A stretch of 57,576 bases of DNA from Octopus sinensis (taxonomy: Eukaryota), in NCBI RefSeq assembly GCF_006345805.1, contig NW_021834819.1, positions 1 to 57,576 of the forward strand, read 5' to 3'. Of the stretch, positions 25,916-41,010 are shown piece by piece. The position numbers and the translations under genes are program-made. Under the pieces are notes generated by a model, which was not told the DNA's origin, did not search any database, and saw nothing but the letters and a program-made list of their open reading frames with translations. Within the stretch, counting starts at the first letter, position 1; the number at the start of each line of letters is the position of its first letter.

Positions 25916-26471
25916 TCTTTATATATAAAAGTGAAGTTGTGTGTCTGTCTCCTACGATTTAGATTCCTAACTACTCCCACATTTTGCGGTGCAGTTTAAC
26001 CAAAACCGGGTATCTTATAGTCGTGATTCATATCGAGCCCTTCTGGGTATTAGCGCGCGTCTACGATGAGTCTACGATTTAAAAAAAAATTTACCATCAA
26101 TTTTTCCCATTTTTAATGCATTTTTGGCATATATAAGGGAAGTAACTCCCTAAAAGTTTATTATTAAATCTCAGAACGTAAAAAGCTACAGTAACACCCT
26201 CCTTTGTGGTTTGCCATATTGAGATGGCTATTATAATTTTAAAAATAATTTACCATCATTTTTTTCCATTTTAATGCATTTTTTCGCTATTATATAAGGG
26301 AAGTAAATCTCTAAAAATGTCTACGATGAGTCAACGATTTAAAAAAAATTTACCATCATTTTTTTCCCATTTTTAATGCATTTTTTTGCTATTTTTTGGC
26401 TATAACTCTCTAAAAATGCTTATATAGTTATTTCCCTTACAAACCCGAGCAACGCCGGGCAATACTGCTAG
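25916..26471 (+). mobile_element. Non-autonomous Helitron, variant subtype with internal duplications
   Basis: A|TC start, hairpin plus CTAG|T end. Repeated GTCTACGATGAGTC...TTTACCATCA blocks. Confidence 0.87.
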
Positions 26472-26843
26472 TATTATATATAACCTAACCAGTATGTCTA
26501 CATTCATATATATATATATCATTTTCCCTATTATTACATTAACTATGCTCCAAGGGGATTATTTTCATTGACAATGAAAGATTCCACAGCAACAAGAATA
26601 GAATCAATCAGTCCATCCATCCATTCATTCACCCATTCATCCATCAGTCATCAAATTCAAACACTGTTCCTGCCAAAGAAATCGATATTGCATCATTGAT
26701 ATAAGTGGGGAAAATATCTATGTCATGTAACATATAGGATTCTTACTGAAACCGAAATCTTCGCTCTATTTAAAGAATCAATAAATGTAAATATATATGA
26801 AGGTGTTTATCTATAAATAGCCATTAGGCTTGCAGAGACGAGC

Positions 26844-26899
<56 letters not shown>

Positions 26900-27014
26900 A
26901 TCCCTCTCTTTCTGTGTGGGGTAAGATTCGGTAAACTAACACGCGCGAGCATGAGCGTATGCAGAGCCGTAGGAAGCTAGATCGTCATGTATTATATAAA
27001 TATGTATATATGCG

Positions 27015-27147
27015 CACGTGTATGTATGTATGTATGTATGTATGTATGTATGTATGTATGTATGTATGTATGTATGTATGTATGCATGCATGCATGCATG
27101 TATGTATGTATGTATGTATGTATGTATGTATGTATGTGTGTGTGTGT
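27015..27147. repeat. (TATG)n microsatellite
   Basis: Direct reading of the sequence. Confidence 0.95.
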
Positions 27148-27194
27148 TAATGTGTAGTGCCTGGGCAGGTGAATTGTTTGTATTGTATATATAT

Positions 27195-27593
27195 ACTCTT
27201 TCTCTCTTTTACTCTTTCACTTGTTTCAGTCATTTGACTGCGGCCATGCTGGAGCACCGCCTTTAGTCGAGCAAAGCAACCCCGGGACTTATTCTTTGTA
27301 AGCCCAGTACTTATTCTATCGGTCTCTTTTGCCGAACCGCTAAGTGACAGGGACGTAAACACACCAGCATCGGTTGTCAAGCAATGCTAGGGGGGACAAA
27401 CACACACACACATACATATATATATACATATATACGACAGGCTTCTTTCAGTTTCCGTCTACCAAATCCACTCACAAGGCATTAGTCGGCCCGGGGCTAT
27501 AGCAGAAGACACTTGCCCAAAATGCCACGCAGTGGGACTGAACCCGGAACCATGTGGCTGGTTAGCAAGCTACTTACCACACAGCCACTCCTG
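27195..27593 (-). mobile_element. SINE family B
   Basis: Family B reverse complement. Confidence 0.88.
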
Positions 27594-28239
27594 TATATAA
27601 TAAATCTCTGAGCGAGGTATAAACAGTAGCTGTACGACATTGTGAAGTATATTTGCCACTTAAATGTGGCTAAGCCCTAAGGGTGGATGCTACAAGGGTG
27701 GGGCTACAAGCTACAGTAGTAACCACCCATAGGGATTAGCCACATTTAAGGGGCAAATGTACATCACAATATATGTATATTTCTACATAAATTCATATAT
27801 GTGTGTGTGTGTATGTACGTATGTATGTACATATATGTTTGTGTGTATATGTGTTTGTATGTATGCATGCATGTACGTATGAATGCATACATACATATAC
27901 TCACACACACACACATATATGACATGTATGTGTGTGTGAGTATATATGTATGTATTATGTAATCACATAACATAAACGTGAATCTGTCATATATATTTCA
28001 CCTTACACGAAATTGACGTTTAAAAGACTTGTACGTGTGTGTGTATGTGTGCGTGTGGGTGCGCGCGCGTGTTTGAGGAGGGTGTATGTGTGTGTATACG
28101 TAAATACATAAAAATATTGTATAACATAATAACATAACTTCGGGGAATTTTTTTTTTTTTTGCTCCTTCATCAGCATCCGCCCAACCCATTAATTATCTA
28201 CGAATTCATTGCTTAAATAGCCACTAAATAGCCTGAAAT

Positions 28240-28244
28240 ATGTC

Positions 28245-28291
<47 letters not shown>

Positions 28292-28568
28292 ATATATATA
28301 TATATATCTATTATATATACATATATATATATATATAATTTTAATCCAAACGGGAAAACATACATATATATGTATATATGTATATATATATATATGTATG
28401 TATGTATATATGTTATATATATAGTATGTATATATAGTATATGTATGTATATGTATTATAATATATATATGTAGTATATATATATGTATGTATATTATAT
28501 ATGTATGTATATATATATGTAGATATATATATAGTATGTATGTATATATATAACCATATACATATATG

Positions 28569-28607
<39 letters not shown>

Positions 28608-28690
28608 AATAAAATATATGCATACATACAAACATATATGTACCTACCTACATCTACATGTATATATACATGCATATATAAATATATATA
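28240..28690. repeat. Degenerate (TA)n-rich tract
   Basis: Direct reading of the sequence. Confidence 0.9.
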
Positions 28691-29349
28691 CGTGAGTACA
28701 GGACACCGCAACTAGACGTAGAACTCAACGAAAAACGAAAACGGACAAGCCATTTTTTTACAACAAAAAAACAGAGACGAAACGAAAACGGGAAAAACAT
28801 TATTTTTTTCAACAGAAAAACAAGGTACAGGACACACCACACAAGGAAACAATCCCCAGTCATCAGCTGTCACTAGCTAACTCAAGCGTGTTTCGAAGGC
28901 AAGACAGGACACGATTCGTCAACTAGTCCTTCAATGCGAGAGAATTAAAATAAAATTGCTTCGCAGAGGGGCAAAAACAGACAGGAAAAAATGTAACAGA
29001 AACAGGACGTAAAAACGATACAAATGAAACTGCAAAATAAAATACAAGATAAAGATACACGTACAAGAAAATACAAAACGAGAAATAAAAAGAAAATACA
29101 ATACGAGAAATCAAAAGACAAAAACAAACGAGAAAAACAAAACGAAAAAGGCCTTTTTCTGGCAAGACGGAGGATGTTGTAGTAGCAGCGCAAGGGAACA
29201 CGTCCTTTCAGCTTGAAAGCAGGGTCCAAAAGGAAGTGGCCAGGAGTGACGAAGATGAGGAAGAGAGAGAGAGAGAGAGGGGGGAAGACAAGCGGCAAGA
29301 GAGAGAAGGGGAAGAGTGAGCAGGAAGAGAGCGGGGAAACGGCTAGCCA

Positions 29350-29515
29350 CAAAACCTTTTCTATTTTCTCTCCTTGTTTATTTCTCTGTTTCTTTCTGTC
29401 AAATAACGTAGGCTCGAAACGTAAAAGACTTTCTCAATTCCCGAGCGTTAAACTAATACATCTGTTTGTTGTTTACACACCCATCTTCGTCTTTTGTTTT
29501 TTTGGAAATTCTCAC
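29350..29515 (+). mobile_element. Relative of the 22.8-kb element with a decayed minimal hammerhead motif (29392-29427)
   Basis: CUUU CUGUCAA A UAAC GUAG GCUC GAAA CG UA|AAAG: stem I, GAAAC and stem III intact, core and stem II mutated. Downstream GAGCGT...AATAC similar to the 22.9-kb copy. Confidence 0.45.
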
Positions 29516-29595
29516 AATGGTGCCTCAGCATGGCCGCGGCCTTCGGGCTAAAACATTTTAAAGGATTTTAAGGATTTATATATATATATATATAC

Positions 29596-30020
29596 ATCTA
29601 AGATAGGATAAAATTTTTCGAAAAAAATTTTATCAATGGCCAGCATATTAAAAAATACCTTTAAAGGTTAAATTTATAAATAACTTATAAAACAAGGGCA
29701 AAAGAAAAAAATTCTAATGCCAAATATGCCGAAAATAGACAAATTGTCAATAACCATTATAATTTATCACTATTAACATGCGTCTCGAAACTAGCCGACA
29801 GAAATTTCTAAAAAATTCCGTTATTACCGTATTGGTCCCAATTTCAGAGTTAATTCATAAGAATTTTCTCTTCGTCAGCGATAAATACGTGAGACATAAA
29901 TGAAATACTTACTCATACCCATGGAAAAAGCAAGCACTAACGTCGTAACAAAATCACTGCTGGCTATAATTTCCACAGAAAATCTGTAGATATAACAACC
30001 ATAACAAGTTAGAGTAATCG
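29596..30020 (-). mobile_element. AT-rich solo element between microsatellites, probable Penelope pLTR
   Basis: Carries the hammerhead at 29819-29889 and is bounded by (TA)n and (CA)n(TA)n. Confidence 0.5.
29819..29889 (-). ncRNA. Type I hammerhead ribozyme with canonical core
   Basis: UUAUCG CUGACGA AGAG-(AAAAUUCUUAUGAAUUAA)-CUCU GAA AUUGG GA CCAAU A|CGGUAA: 6-bp stem I plus distal extension, AUA triplet, A10.1-U11.1. Confidence 0.75.
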
Positions 30021-30038
30021 ATGCACACGCACACACAC

Positions 30039-30135
<97 letters not shown>

Positions 30136-31154
30136 AAATAATGTTGAGGTTAATACAACCAGATGATACGGATACTAAATATAATAGTAAGTATACAGCA
30201 GTTAATACATCGACAATACAGACAGTTGTAGTAGGGGTTATAGAGCGTAGGGTTCGAATTTTGAACTAGGTTTAGTAGTAATGGTTAGAATTTCGGTTCA
30301 AGGTTTCGGTTTAGAGTAAATGTGTCATGTTTGTGTTTTGAACTGGAGTTTAAGATTTACATTTAGTGTTAGAATTTTGGTTCAGTGTTCAAAGACGAGC
30401 CACAATTTAGGGTCTACAATAGTGTTTAGAAATACGGTTTATGGTTAGAATTTTTAATATTAATTTTCATAGTTTGCTCTTGGAATTAGGGTTAGACAAT
30501 ATCTATCAGCAATGCTGTTTGTGGTTGGGTGCGAAAGTAAACACTATTTGTTCTGTGTTGGGTCATGATTGCTAAATGAAGGTAAATTGATTTTGAAAAT
30601 ATATGAACTTTTATCGTACACACTAGAGACAGGAAACTAATGTATATATATATATAATTATTTATAGAAATGTCTGTTAATTTATCTAGTTATTTGGAGC
30701 ACATTTGTAAATGAAAAAAATAAATGTGAATTTCTAACAAAGGGCATAAATGAGGAAGAAATCAGTAGTTGTATGAAACAAAAATGCATAAGGTATCGGC
30801 TGAAAATACAATGAGTCGTCGGAACAAGATAATCGATGTGTAATTTTAACTGCTTTGATTGGAAAGTAATTTAATCGGCAGTCGGAGTTACTTGCAATAA
30901 ACATGTTTGTTGATAAGAACATTTATTTCTTGTCGTGTTCAATCAAGTACATTCATGAAAAAATCTAGACAAGCTAAGATGTATAAGTTTGTAGCTAAAT
31001 GCAGTTATTATGGCGATGATTATGACATCAATAGCACAGCCGTTGCTCTAAAGTATAACGTGATTTTTTTGTTGTTGTTTGGGCGTTTATTTTTGGTTTG
31101 TTAGTTTGTTTCTCTTAGCTTGTTATTTATCCATTTTCTTTCTTTCTTTTTCTT

Positions 31155-31560
31155 TTTCTTTTACTTGTTTCAGTCATTTGACTGCGGCCATGCTGGAGCA
31201 CCGCCTTTAATCGAGCAACTCGACCCCGGGACTTATTCTTTTGTAAGCCCAGTACTTATTCTATCGGTCTCTTTTGCCGAACCGCTAAGTGACGGGAACA
31301 TAAACACACCAGCATCGGTTGTCAAGCAATGCTAGGGGGACAAACACAGACACACAAACACACACACGCATATATATATATATATATACATATATACGAC
31401 GGGCTTCTTCCAGTTTCCGTCTACCAAATCCACTCACAAGGCTTTGGTCGACCCGAGGCTATAGTAGAAGACACTTGCCCAAGGTGCCACGCAGTGGGAC
31501 TGAACCCGGAACCATGCGGTTGGTAAACAAGCTACTTACCACACAGCCACTCCTGCGCCT
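31155..31560 (-). mobile_element. SINE family B, full length
   Basis: Family B reverse complement. Confidence 0.9.
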
Positions 31561-31898
31561 TATTTATTTATTTATTAGTTTTGTGCTTTTTTTTCTGGCG
31601 TGGACAACAAAAACCAAGTCTACATGTTTTATGGAATCACGTGTTGTATCCTTACATTTCGCAGTCAAAAATCATACGAAGCATATCTAAAGTAATTTTC
31701 TTAATCACAAAGGATTAATGTTTCATAAAATAAGTACCAGTAATTACTTAATAAACATGAAGTACATGAGGCACAAATATAATAGGAGGGAGTCACTGCC
31801 GGTCGCATTGTCAGAATATATTTCTTAGCATAATCAGTTAGTATTTCGTCTTCCGATACCAGAGCAAAAAATTCATTTTGACATTTAACTCCCAAACG

Positions 31899-32285
31899 TG
31901 GAAGCACTCCGTCGGTTACGACGACGAGGGTTCCGGTTGATCCGAATCAATGGAACAGCCTGCTCGTGAAATTAACGCGTAAGTGGCTGAGCACTCCACA
32001 GACACGTGCACCCTTAACGTAGTTCTCGGGGATATTCAGCGTGACACAGAGAGTGACAAGGCCGGCTCTTTTTAAATACAGGTACAACAGAAACAGGAAG
32101 TAAGAGTAAGAGAAAATTGTGGTGAAAGAGTACAGCAGGGATCACCACCATCCCCTGCCGGAGCGTCTTGGAGCTTTTTGGTGTTTTCGCTCAATAAACA
32201 CTCACAACGCCCGGTCTGGGAAACGAAACCGCGATCCTATGACCGCGAGTCCGCTACCCTAACCACTGGGCCATTGCGCCTCCAC
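31899..32285 (-). mobile_element. SINE family A, full length
   Basis: 11-bp TSD ACTCCCAAACG (31888-31898, 32286-32296). Confidence 0.92.
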
Positions 32286-32675
32286 ACTCCCAAACGATCA
32301 AACGTTGTTGTTGTTGTTGTCGTTGCTGCTACCGCTGCTGCTACTGCTTCTGATGCCACTATTGTTTTTAATTAACCTCAAGTCGGTCCAAATCAAGTGA
32401 ACGTATGATCAAAGGTTTTTTTCCGACATAACCACTCTATTGTGGTATAGTTTAAAACCGAGAACATCAACTACTGTATGTTTTGTGTGTGTTTTTTTTT
32501 ATAAAGGCAGGTAGAGGAGAGGATTCGACTGCTATTTCTAACAGATCATGCGACTATGTAGTTACCCCTTTGTTTACTTTCTAAGTTGGTAGTAGGTGTA
32601 GTTCCCGACTCTAATCAGTGGGCACATAGTGTTTCTGACGAAAGTTTCTAATGACTTGTCGTCAGTCACACTATA

Positions 32676-33085
32676 TATTTCTTTTACTACCCACAACGGG
32701 CTAAACATAGAGGGGACAAACAAGGACAGACAAAGGGATTGAGTCGATTACATCGACCAAGTGCGAAAAAAAGGAATTTATTTAATCGACCTCGAGAGGA
32801 TGAAAGGCAAAGTCGACCTCGGCGGAATTTGAACTCAGAACGTAACGGCAGACGAAATACCTATTTCTTTTACTACCCACAACGGGCTAAACATAGAGGG
32901 GACAAACAAGGACAGACAAAGGGATTGAGTCGATTACATCGACCAAGTGCGAAAAAAGGGAATTTATTTATCGACCCCGAGAGGATGAAAGGCAAAGTCG
33001 ACCTCGGCGGAATTTGAACTCAGAACGTAACGACAGACGAAATACGGCTACGCATTTCGCCCGGCGGGCTAACGGTTCTGCCAGA
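32676..33085 (-). mobile_element. SINE C doublet
   Basis: Both units share private changes (CGACCAAGTGCGAAAAAA). Confidence 0.88.
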
Positions 33086-33204
33086 AACTCCTCCTATGGG
33101 TCGTAACAACCATAAAAAATATGTATGTATGTAATTAGAACATAAGATGAAATAAAATCTTGAGGGTGAACAAGTCTCCATACTCTATATCGTTATAATT
33201 ATAC

Positions 33205-33812
33205 ATTTCTTTACTGCCCACAAGGAGCTAAACACAGAGAGGACAAACAAGGACAGAGAAAGGGATTAAGTCAATTACATCGACCCCAGTGCGTAACTGG
33301 TACTTAATTTATCGACCCCGAAAGGATGAAATACCAAGTCGACCTCGGCGGAATTTGAACTCAGAACGTAGCGGCAGACGAAATACCTATTTCTTTACTA
33401 CCCACAAGGGGCTAAACATAAAGGGGACAAACAAGGACAGAGAAAGGGATTAAGTCAATTACATCGACCCCAGTGCGTAACTGGTACTTAATTTATCGAC
33501 CCCGAAAGGATGAAATGCCAAGTCGACCTCGGCGGAATTTGAACTCAGAACGTAACGACAGACGAAATACCTATTTCTTTACTACCCACAAGGGGCTAAA
33601 CACAGAGGGAACAAACAAGGACAAACAAACGGATTAAGTCGATTATATCGACCCCAGTGTGTAACTGGTACTTGTTTAATCGACCCCGAAGGGATGAAAG
33701 GCAAAGTCGACCTCGGCGGAATTTGAACTCAGAACGTAGCGGCAGGCGAAATACCGCTAAGCATATCGCCCGGAGTGCTAACGTTTCTGCCAGCTCGCCG
33801 CCATATTCTATA
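33205..33812 (-). mobile_element. SINE C triplet
   Basis: ~180-bp period. Two units share GAGAAAGGGATTAAGTCAATTAC. Confidence 0.88.
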
Positions 33813-33823
33813 TATGTTATAAT

Positions 33824-33880
<57 letters not shown>

Positions 33881-34149
33881 ACACACACGCACACACACAC
33901 ACACACACACATGAACGTTGGTCTGAAGGTATCAATAAGGCTGGAGAGGGAGCATTAGCACCTTTACTCACAGTATACGAAAATAGATGATGTGTCGGTA
34001 GCCAGCTGGAAAAGATGTTTTCCTGACCTAAACAGTAGTAACTTCGTTTTAAACTGCCACTTTACGTTGTCAAATAGACTTTATCATCCAGTACTGTTAC
34101 TATATATTTCTCTCTCAGAGATTTAAAACTAATTGTTATTCTCTTTAAA

Positions 34150-34245
34150 TATATATATATATATATACATACATACATACGTACATACGTACATACATAC
34201 ATACATACATACATGCATACATACATACATACATACATGCATACA

Positions 34246-34276
<31 letters not shown>

Positions 34277-34471
34277 GTATGCATACGTACGTATATACAA
34301 GCATTCGTACATGCATAAATACATGCATTCATACATACATACATACGTGCATACATACATACATACATACATACATACATGCATACATACATACATACAT
34401 ACATGCATACATACATACATACATACATACATACATACATACATACATACATACATACATACATACATACA

Positions 34472-34503
<32 letters not shown>
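34150..34503. repeat. (CATA)n tract containing the cryptic cassette also seen at ~5.0 and ~7.7 kb
   Basis: TATGTATGCATACGTACGTATATACAAGCATTCGTACATGCAT at ~34275-34317. Confidence 0.85.
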
Positions 34504-35414
<911 letters not shown>

Positions 35415-35435
35415 AGTCTCCGTGGTCGATCATTG

Positions 35436-35875
35436 CCTTGTGAGTAAATTTGGTAAACAGAATGGTAAGGAAACCTGTCGTGTATTTGTATATAATGTGT
35501 TAGGAAAACTCATTGTGTAGTAAAATCGATTTTTAAAAAACAGTTTAGTGTACTTGCATTGGTGAGTGGAAAATCCAACGTTTTGGACTGGGTCCTTCTT
35601 CAAGGAAAAGTTGGAAGGAGAGAAATTAAAGAACGTACACACACACACAGACAGACAGACAACACACATACACACACAAACACCCCTCCCCCCCACGCAC
35701 ACACGCAGCTGTTAGCTTAGCGGTTTCAACAAAAAGATCCCGATAAATTTGTGTAAGTATCAGACTTAAAAAAATAAGTACTGGGTCTATTTTTTTCGAC
35801 TAAAAACCCTCCAAGGCGGTGTCCCAAAATGGTCGCCATCCAATGACTGAAACTAGTAAAAGTAAATAAAAGAAG
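35436..35875 (+). mobile_element. Degenerate SINE B, head missing
   Basis: GCCTTGTGAG...TTTGGTA and AATGACTGAAAC landmarks. Confidence 0.6.
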
Positions 35876-36214
35876 AAATAAATGTAATCTTTGGTGTTAA
35901 TATTTTGTTATCATCGTAAAAATTGTTGTTGCTATCGTCACTGTAAGCCTGGTGTTGCTATCTCGATGTTGGCAGCTTGTACAAATATAAAACCCACGTC
36001 AGTTCTGTGCGTCTGTTTGTAAACCACATGCAGAATAATTATCTTTGCCATTATCATCAATCATCAAATAACGTCAGCATCGTCGTCATAGCCGTCCTTT
36101 TCATCTTCTTCTTCGCCGTCGTCGTCATATCAACACCATCGGGACCAACGTCTTCATTCTTTGTCGTAATTTTTTTTCGTCGTCGTCGGGTAATCGTTAA
36201 TTGCCATCGTGAGC

Positions 36215-36344
36215 ATCATCGTCGTCGTCGTCGTCGTCGTCGTAGTCACTGTCGTTGTTTGCCATCGTCAACTTTACCATCATCATCAGCAGCACCCTCC
36301 TGCTTCTCCTACTGCTGCTGCTCCACCTCCACCTCCTCATCATC

Positions 36345-36389
<45 letters not shown>

Positions 36390-36404
36390 TTCATCATCAT
36401 CATT

Positions 36405-36442
<38 letters not shown>

Positions 36443-36601
36443 TATCATCATCATCATCATCATCAACATCATCATCATCATCAACAACAACATCCTCGTC
36501 GTGGTTGTCGTAGTCGATAGAACACTAGAACCACGTCCACCACCGCCGCAGCCGTCATCCTGCTTATCATCATCATCATCATCACCATCATCATCATCAT
36601 C

Positions 36602-36632
<31 letters not shown>

Positions 36633-36677
36633 CATCATTATCGCCATTATCATCATCATCATCATCATCATTATCGC

Positions 36678-36712
<35 letters not shown>

Positions 36713-36734
36713 CCATCATCATCACTATCATCAC

Positions 36735-36769
<35 letters not shown>

Positions 36770-36822
36770 CCACCATCATCACCATCATCACCATCATCAC
36801 CATCATCATCATCATCACCATA

Positions 36823-36862
<40 letters not shown>

Positions 36863-36873
36863 CCATATTCATC

Positions 36874-36909
<36 letters not shown>

Positions 36910-36922
36910 CCACCATCATCAC

Positions 36923-36981
<59 letters not shown>

Positions 36982-36986
36982 CCATA

Positions 36987-37032
<46 letters not shown>

Positions 37033-37046
37033 ACATCATCGCCATT

Positions 37047-37077
<31 letters not shown>

Positions 37078-37095
37078 CCACCACGACTTATATTA
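36215..37095. repeat. (CAT)n trinucleotide tracts
   Basis: Direct reading of the sequence. Confidence 0.95.
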
Positions 37096-37471
37096 TCAAC
37101 GAACTGGACATATGAAGTCTATTTGTCGTAATGACTGAAATATTTTCTTTTGAATCAACAATAAACGTGTTTTTGTTTTTTTCTTCTGTCCATTAGGCAT
37201 TGAATGAATTCATTTAATTTTGTATCGTCTGGTTCCAGGACAAATAACGAGATGAGATCAAAATATGTCCAGACATGCCTAGAACAAGTCCAACCAGCTA
37301 AACCCAGAACGGTGCCCTCCGTTACGAAATCTCATTTTGTCGTCTTTTGTATTTTTTACTGCTCTTCATACTATCGTCTGGCAGAGTGTTAGCCATGGTA
37401 GCCATGATAAGTAGGGTTTAAGCATTTGTGATAATCCAGGTAGCAACAATGAGTTGTGACACAATATTAAT

Positions 37472-37930
<459 letters not shown>

Positions 37931-38328
37931 ATGGGATTCTACACAATTATCGTCAACCCAGTTTCCCCCCATGAGGTGTGGGTCGACCAAAAGCTATACG
38001 AAATATTACTTACACAAGATGCCATTCTAGTGGATCTACTGGCTGCAAAACAAATTTCTTAATCGTTCGGCCATACGGCCCCTAATAAGCATACACAAAA
38101 TGTAAATTTTAAAAAAATTGATCCTCCGTCGATGTCGACGATAAACACTCCAGATGATCGATCAACTGAATTAACTACTCATTGAATTATATAGTGGCTG
38201 AGTATTCCTGAGATATAACTAACCTTTTGTTCTTGCCGTCATCTTCTCGCACAATCAACGATTCAGCGGGTATGTGTGTATGTGTGTGCGCCAAAGTTGG
38301 CCAAATGAGTAACATGTACAAACCATCC

Positions 38329-38716
38329 TGTGGAGGCGCAATGGCCCAGTGGTTAGAGCAGCGGACTTGCAGTCATAGGATCGCGGTTTCGATTCCCAGA
38401 CCGGGCGTTGTGAGTGTTTATTGAGCGAAAACACCTAAAAGTTCCACGAGGCTCCGGCAGAGGATGGTGGTGATCCCTGCTGTACTCTTTCACCACAACT
38501 TTCTCTCTCACTCTTACTTCCTGTTTCTGTTGTACCTGTATTTCAAAGGGCCGGCCTTGTCACTCTCTGTGTCACGATGAATATCCCCGAGAACTACGTT
38601 AAGGGTACACGTGTCTGTGGAGTGCTCAGCCACTTACACGTTAATTTCACGAGCAGGCTGTTCCGTTGATTCGGATCAACCGGAATCCTCGTCGTCGTAA
38701 CCGACGGAGTGCTTCC
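38329..38716 (+). mobile_element. SINE family A, full length
   Basis: 11-bp TSD ACAAACCATCC (38318-38328, 38717-38727). Confidence 0.92.
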
Positions 38717-38842
38717 ACAAACCATCCGATGAGCATCTACAATATTTCCGTCTAATTACTTATATTTACAACTTGTGGACCGGCCATGGCCATGGTAAAA
38801 GAATAAAATAGTGTGATGGAACCCACGACCTCATAATTGCGA

Positions 38843-39090
38843 AGCCTTGTGAGTGGATTTGTTAGACGGAAACTGAAAGAAGCCCGTCGTATAAATGTAT
38901 GTATATATATATATATATATAGATATATATAGGCGCAGGAGTGGCTGTGTGGTAAGTAGCTTGCTAACCAACCTCATGGTTCCGGGTTCAGTCCCACTGC
39001 GTGGCACCTTGGGCAAGTGTCTTCTGCTATAGCCCCGGCCGACCAATGCCTTGTGAGTGGATTGGTAGATGGAAACTGAAAGAAGCCTGT

Positions 39091-39147
<57 letters not shown>

Positions 39148-39358
39148 TTGTGTGTCTGTGTTTGTCCCCCTAGCATTGCTTGACAACCGATGCTGGTGTG
39201 TTTACGTCCCCGTCACTTAGCGGTTCGGCAAAAGAGACCGATAGAATAAGTACTGGGCTTACAAAGAATAAGTCCCGGGTCGATTTGTTCGACTAAAGCG
39301 GTGCTCCAGCATGGCCGCAGTCAAATGACTGAAACAAGTAAAAGAGTTAAGAGTAAGA

Positions 39359-39393
<35 letters not shown>

Positions 39394-39613
39394 TGTGCGT
39401 GTGTATATTTGTGTGTCTGTGTTTGTCGCCCCAACATCGCTTGGCAACCGATGCAGGTGTGTTTACGTACCCATAACTTAGCGGTTCGGCAAAAGAGAGA
39501 ACGATAAAATAAGTACTAGGCTTACAAAGAATAAGTCCTGGGGTCGATTTGCTCGGCCAAAGGCGGTGCCCCAGCATGGCCACAGTCAAATGACTGAAAC
39601 AAGTAAAAGAGTA
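38843..39613 (+). mobile_element. SINE B cluster: partial (38843-38930), full (38932-39360), 3' half (39390-39613)
   Basis: Family B landmarks joined at microsatellite tracts. Confidence 0.85.
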
Positions 39614-39625
39614 CATATATATATA

Positions 39626-39850
39626 TATTTCTTTATTGCCCACAAGGGGCTAAACACAGAGGGACAAACAAGGACAGACAAACGGATCAAGTCGATTACA
39701 TTGACCCCAGTGCGTAACTGGTACTTAATTTATCGACCCCCAAAGGATGAAAGGCAAAGTCGACCTCGGCGGAATTTGAACTCAGAACATAACGGTAGAC
39801 GAAATACGGCTACGCATTTCGCCCGGTGTGCTAACGATTCTGCCAGCTCG
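39626..39850 (-). mobile_element. SINE family C
   Basis: Family C reverse complement. Confidence 0.85.
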
Positions 39851-40184
39851 CACATCTATCGTCACTTACACCGACGAAATATTCTAGGCCGGAGCTGATC
39901 TATTTCTCTACCTCTTTGTGTGGCACCACCTACTGTCACTTTGTCTGGCGATTATGCAGCTTACTACTGATCAGCTGCTGAAACAATCAACTTAACTCCC
40001 TCTGTTAAATAGCACATGGATATTAATAAATATAGTGATTAGTATTCTCTTTTAGCTGAGTCAAGCATCTTCAAGGTACTCTTCTTTCCTCACCAGCTCT
40101 CCCCTTCTTTCTTCTTTCTCTCTCTTTCTCTCTCTCTCTCTCTATCGCTCTCTCTCTCTCTCTGTATATATATATATATATATA

Positions 40185-40439
40185 TTATATTAAATTAGAG
40201 ATAAAACCACTATTAGGCAAATCATACAATGAAAAACTTAAGCCAATACATAAGATTAATTAATTTATATTATTTAAATATATATCAAAATTATTAAAAA
40301 AAGATAATTAGTATAACACCACGATCGTTTCATGGCTGTCCAATTCTTAAAATTTCGAGTTACAGTCATTCTTCAGGTGATTGAAATATCTAAAATATAA
40401 TCAGAAATATTTAAACAATATTTTTAAGATATAAATATA

Positions 40440-40440
<1 letters not shown>
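40185..40440 (-). mobile_element. AT-rich element between (TA)n tracts with a hammerhead motif (40317-40379); same family as 54520-54940
   Basis: CAC CUGAAGA AUGACUGU...ACAGCCAU GAAA CGAUCGU G GUG. Position 17 is G, so cleavage is not predicted. Confidence 0.7.
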
Positions 40441-40483
<43 letters not shown>

Positions 40484-40740
40484 ATAATATATATTTCTCT
40501 CGCTCTCTCCCTCTCTCTATTTCAGCATCTCTGTCCATCAGTCTATCTGCTGCCTGTCTCTGTAACTTGGTCTTTGTTTCTCGCCCTCACCTCTCTCTTT
40601 CTCTCTTTCTCTCTTATATAAGTGAGTGTGTGAGAGAGAGTCAGTATGTATAGATATATATATATATATAGTATATATGTATAAACATACACATGCATAT
40701 GTGTATATATGTATATACAAATATATACATACATATATAT

Positions 40741-40778
<38 letters not shown>

Positions 40779-40879
40779 AGGTATACTTATATATATATGT
40801 GTGTGTGTATACATATATTCATTTATATATGTATATATAAATACATATTTACATACGCAAACACACATACACACATACA

Positions 40880-40927
<48 letters not shown>

Positions 40928-41010
40928 ATATATATACATATATTATATATATATATATATATTGTAGGTATGTATGTATGTATGTATGTATGTATGTATT
41001 ATTATATAAT
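40440..41010. repeat. (TA)n/(CT)n/(CA)n microsatellite cluster
   Basis: Direct reading of the sequence. Confidence 0.9.

Noticed and set aside
28860-28935. Minus-strand UUGACGA...GAAAC motif
   Set aside because: Stem II and the cleavage triplet cannot be paired without several assumed mutations.
30270-30500. TTAGGG-like degenerate repeats (also CCCTAA at 46069-46102)
   Set aside because: Too few and too degenerate for a telomere or fusion site; the second tract is internal to a TIR element.
36197-37115. Poly-His/Ser/Ile/Met ORFs
   Set aside because: Translations of (CAT)n with no flanking coding signal.
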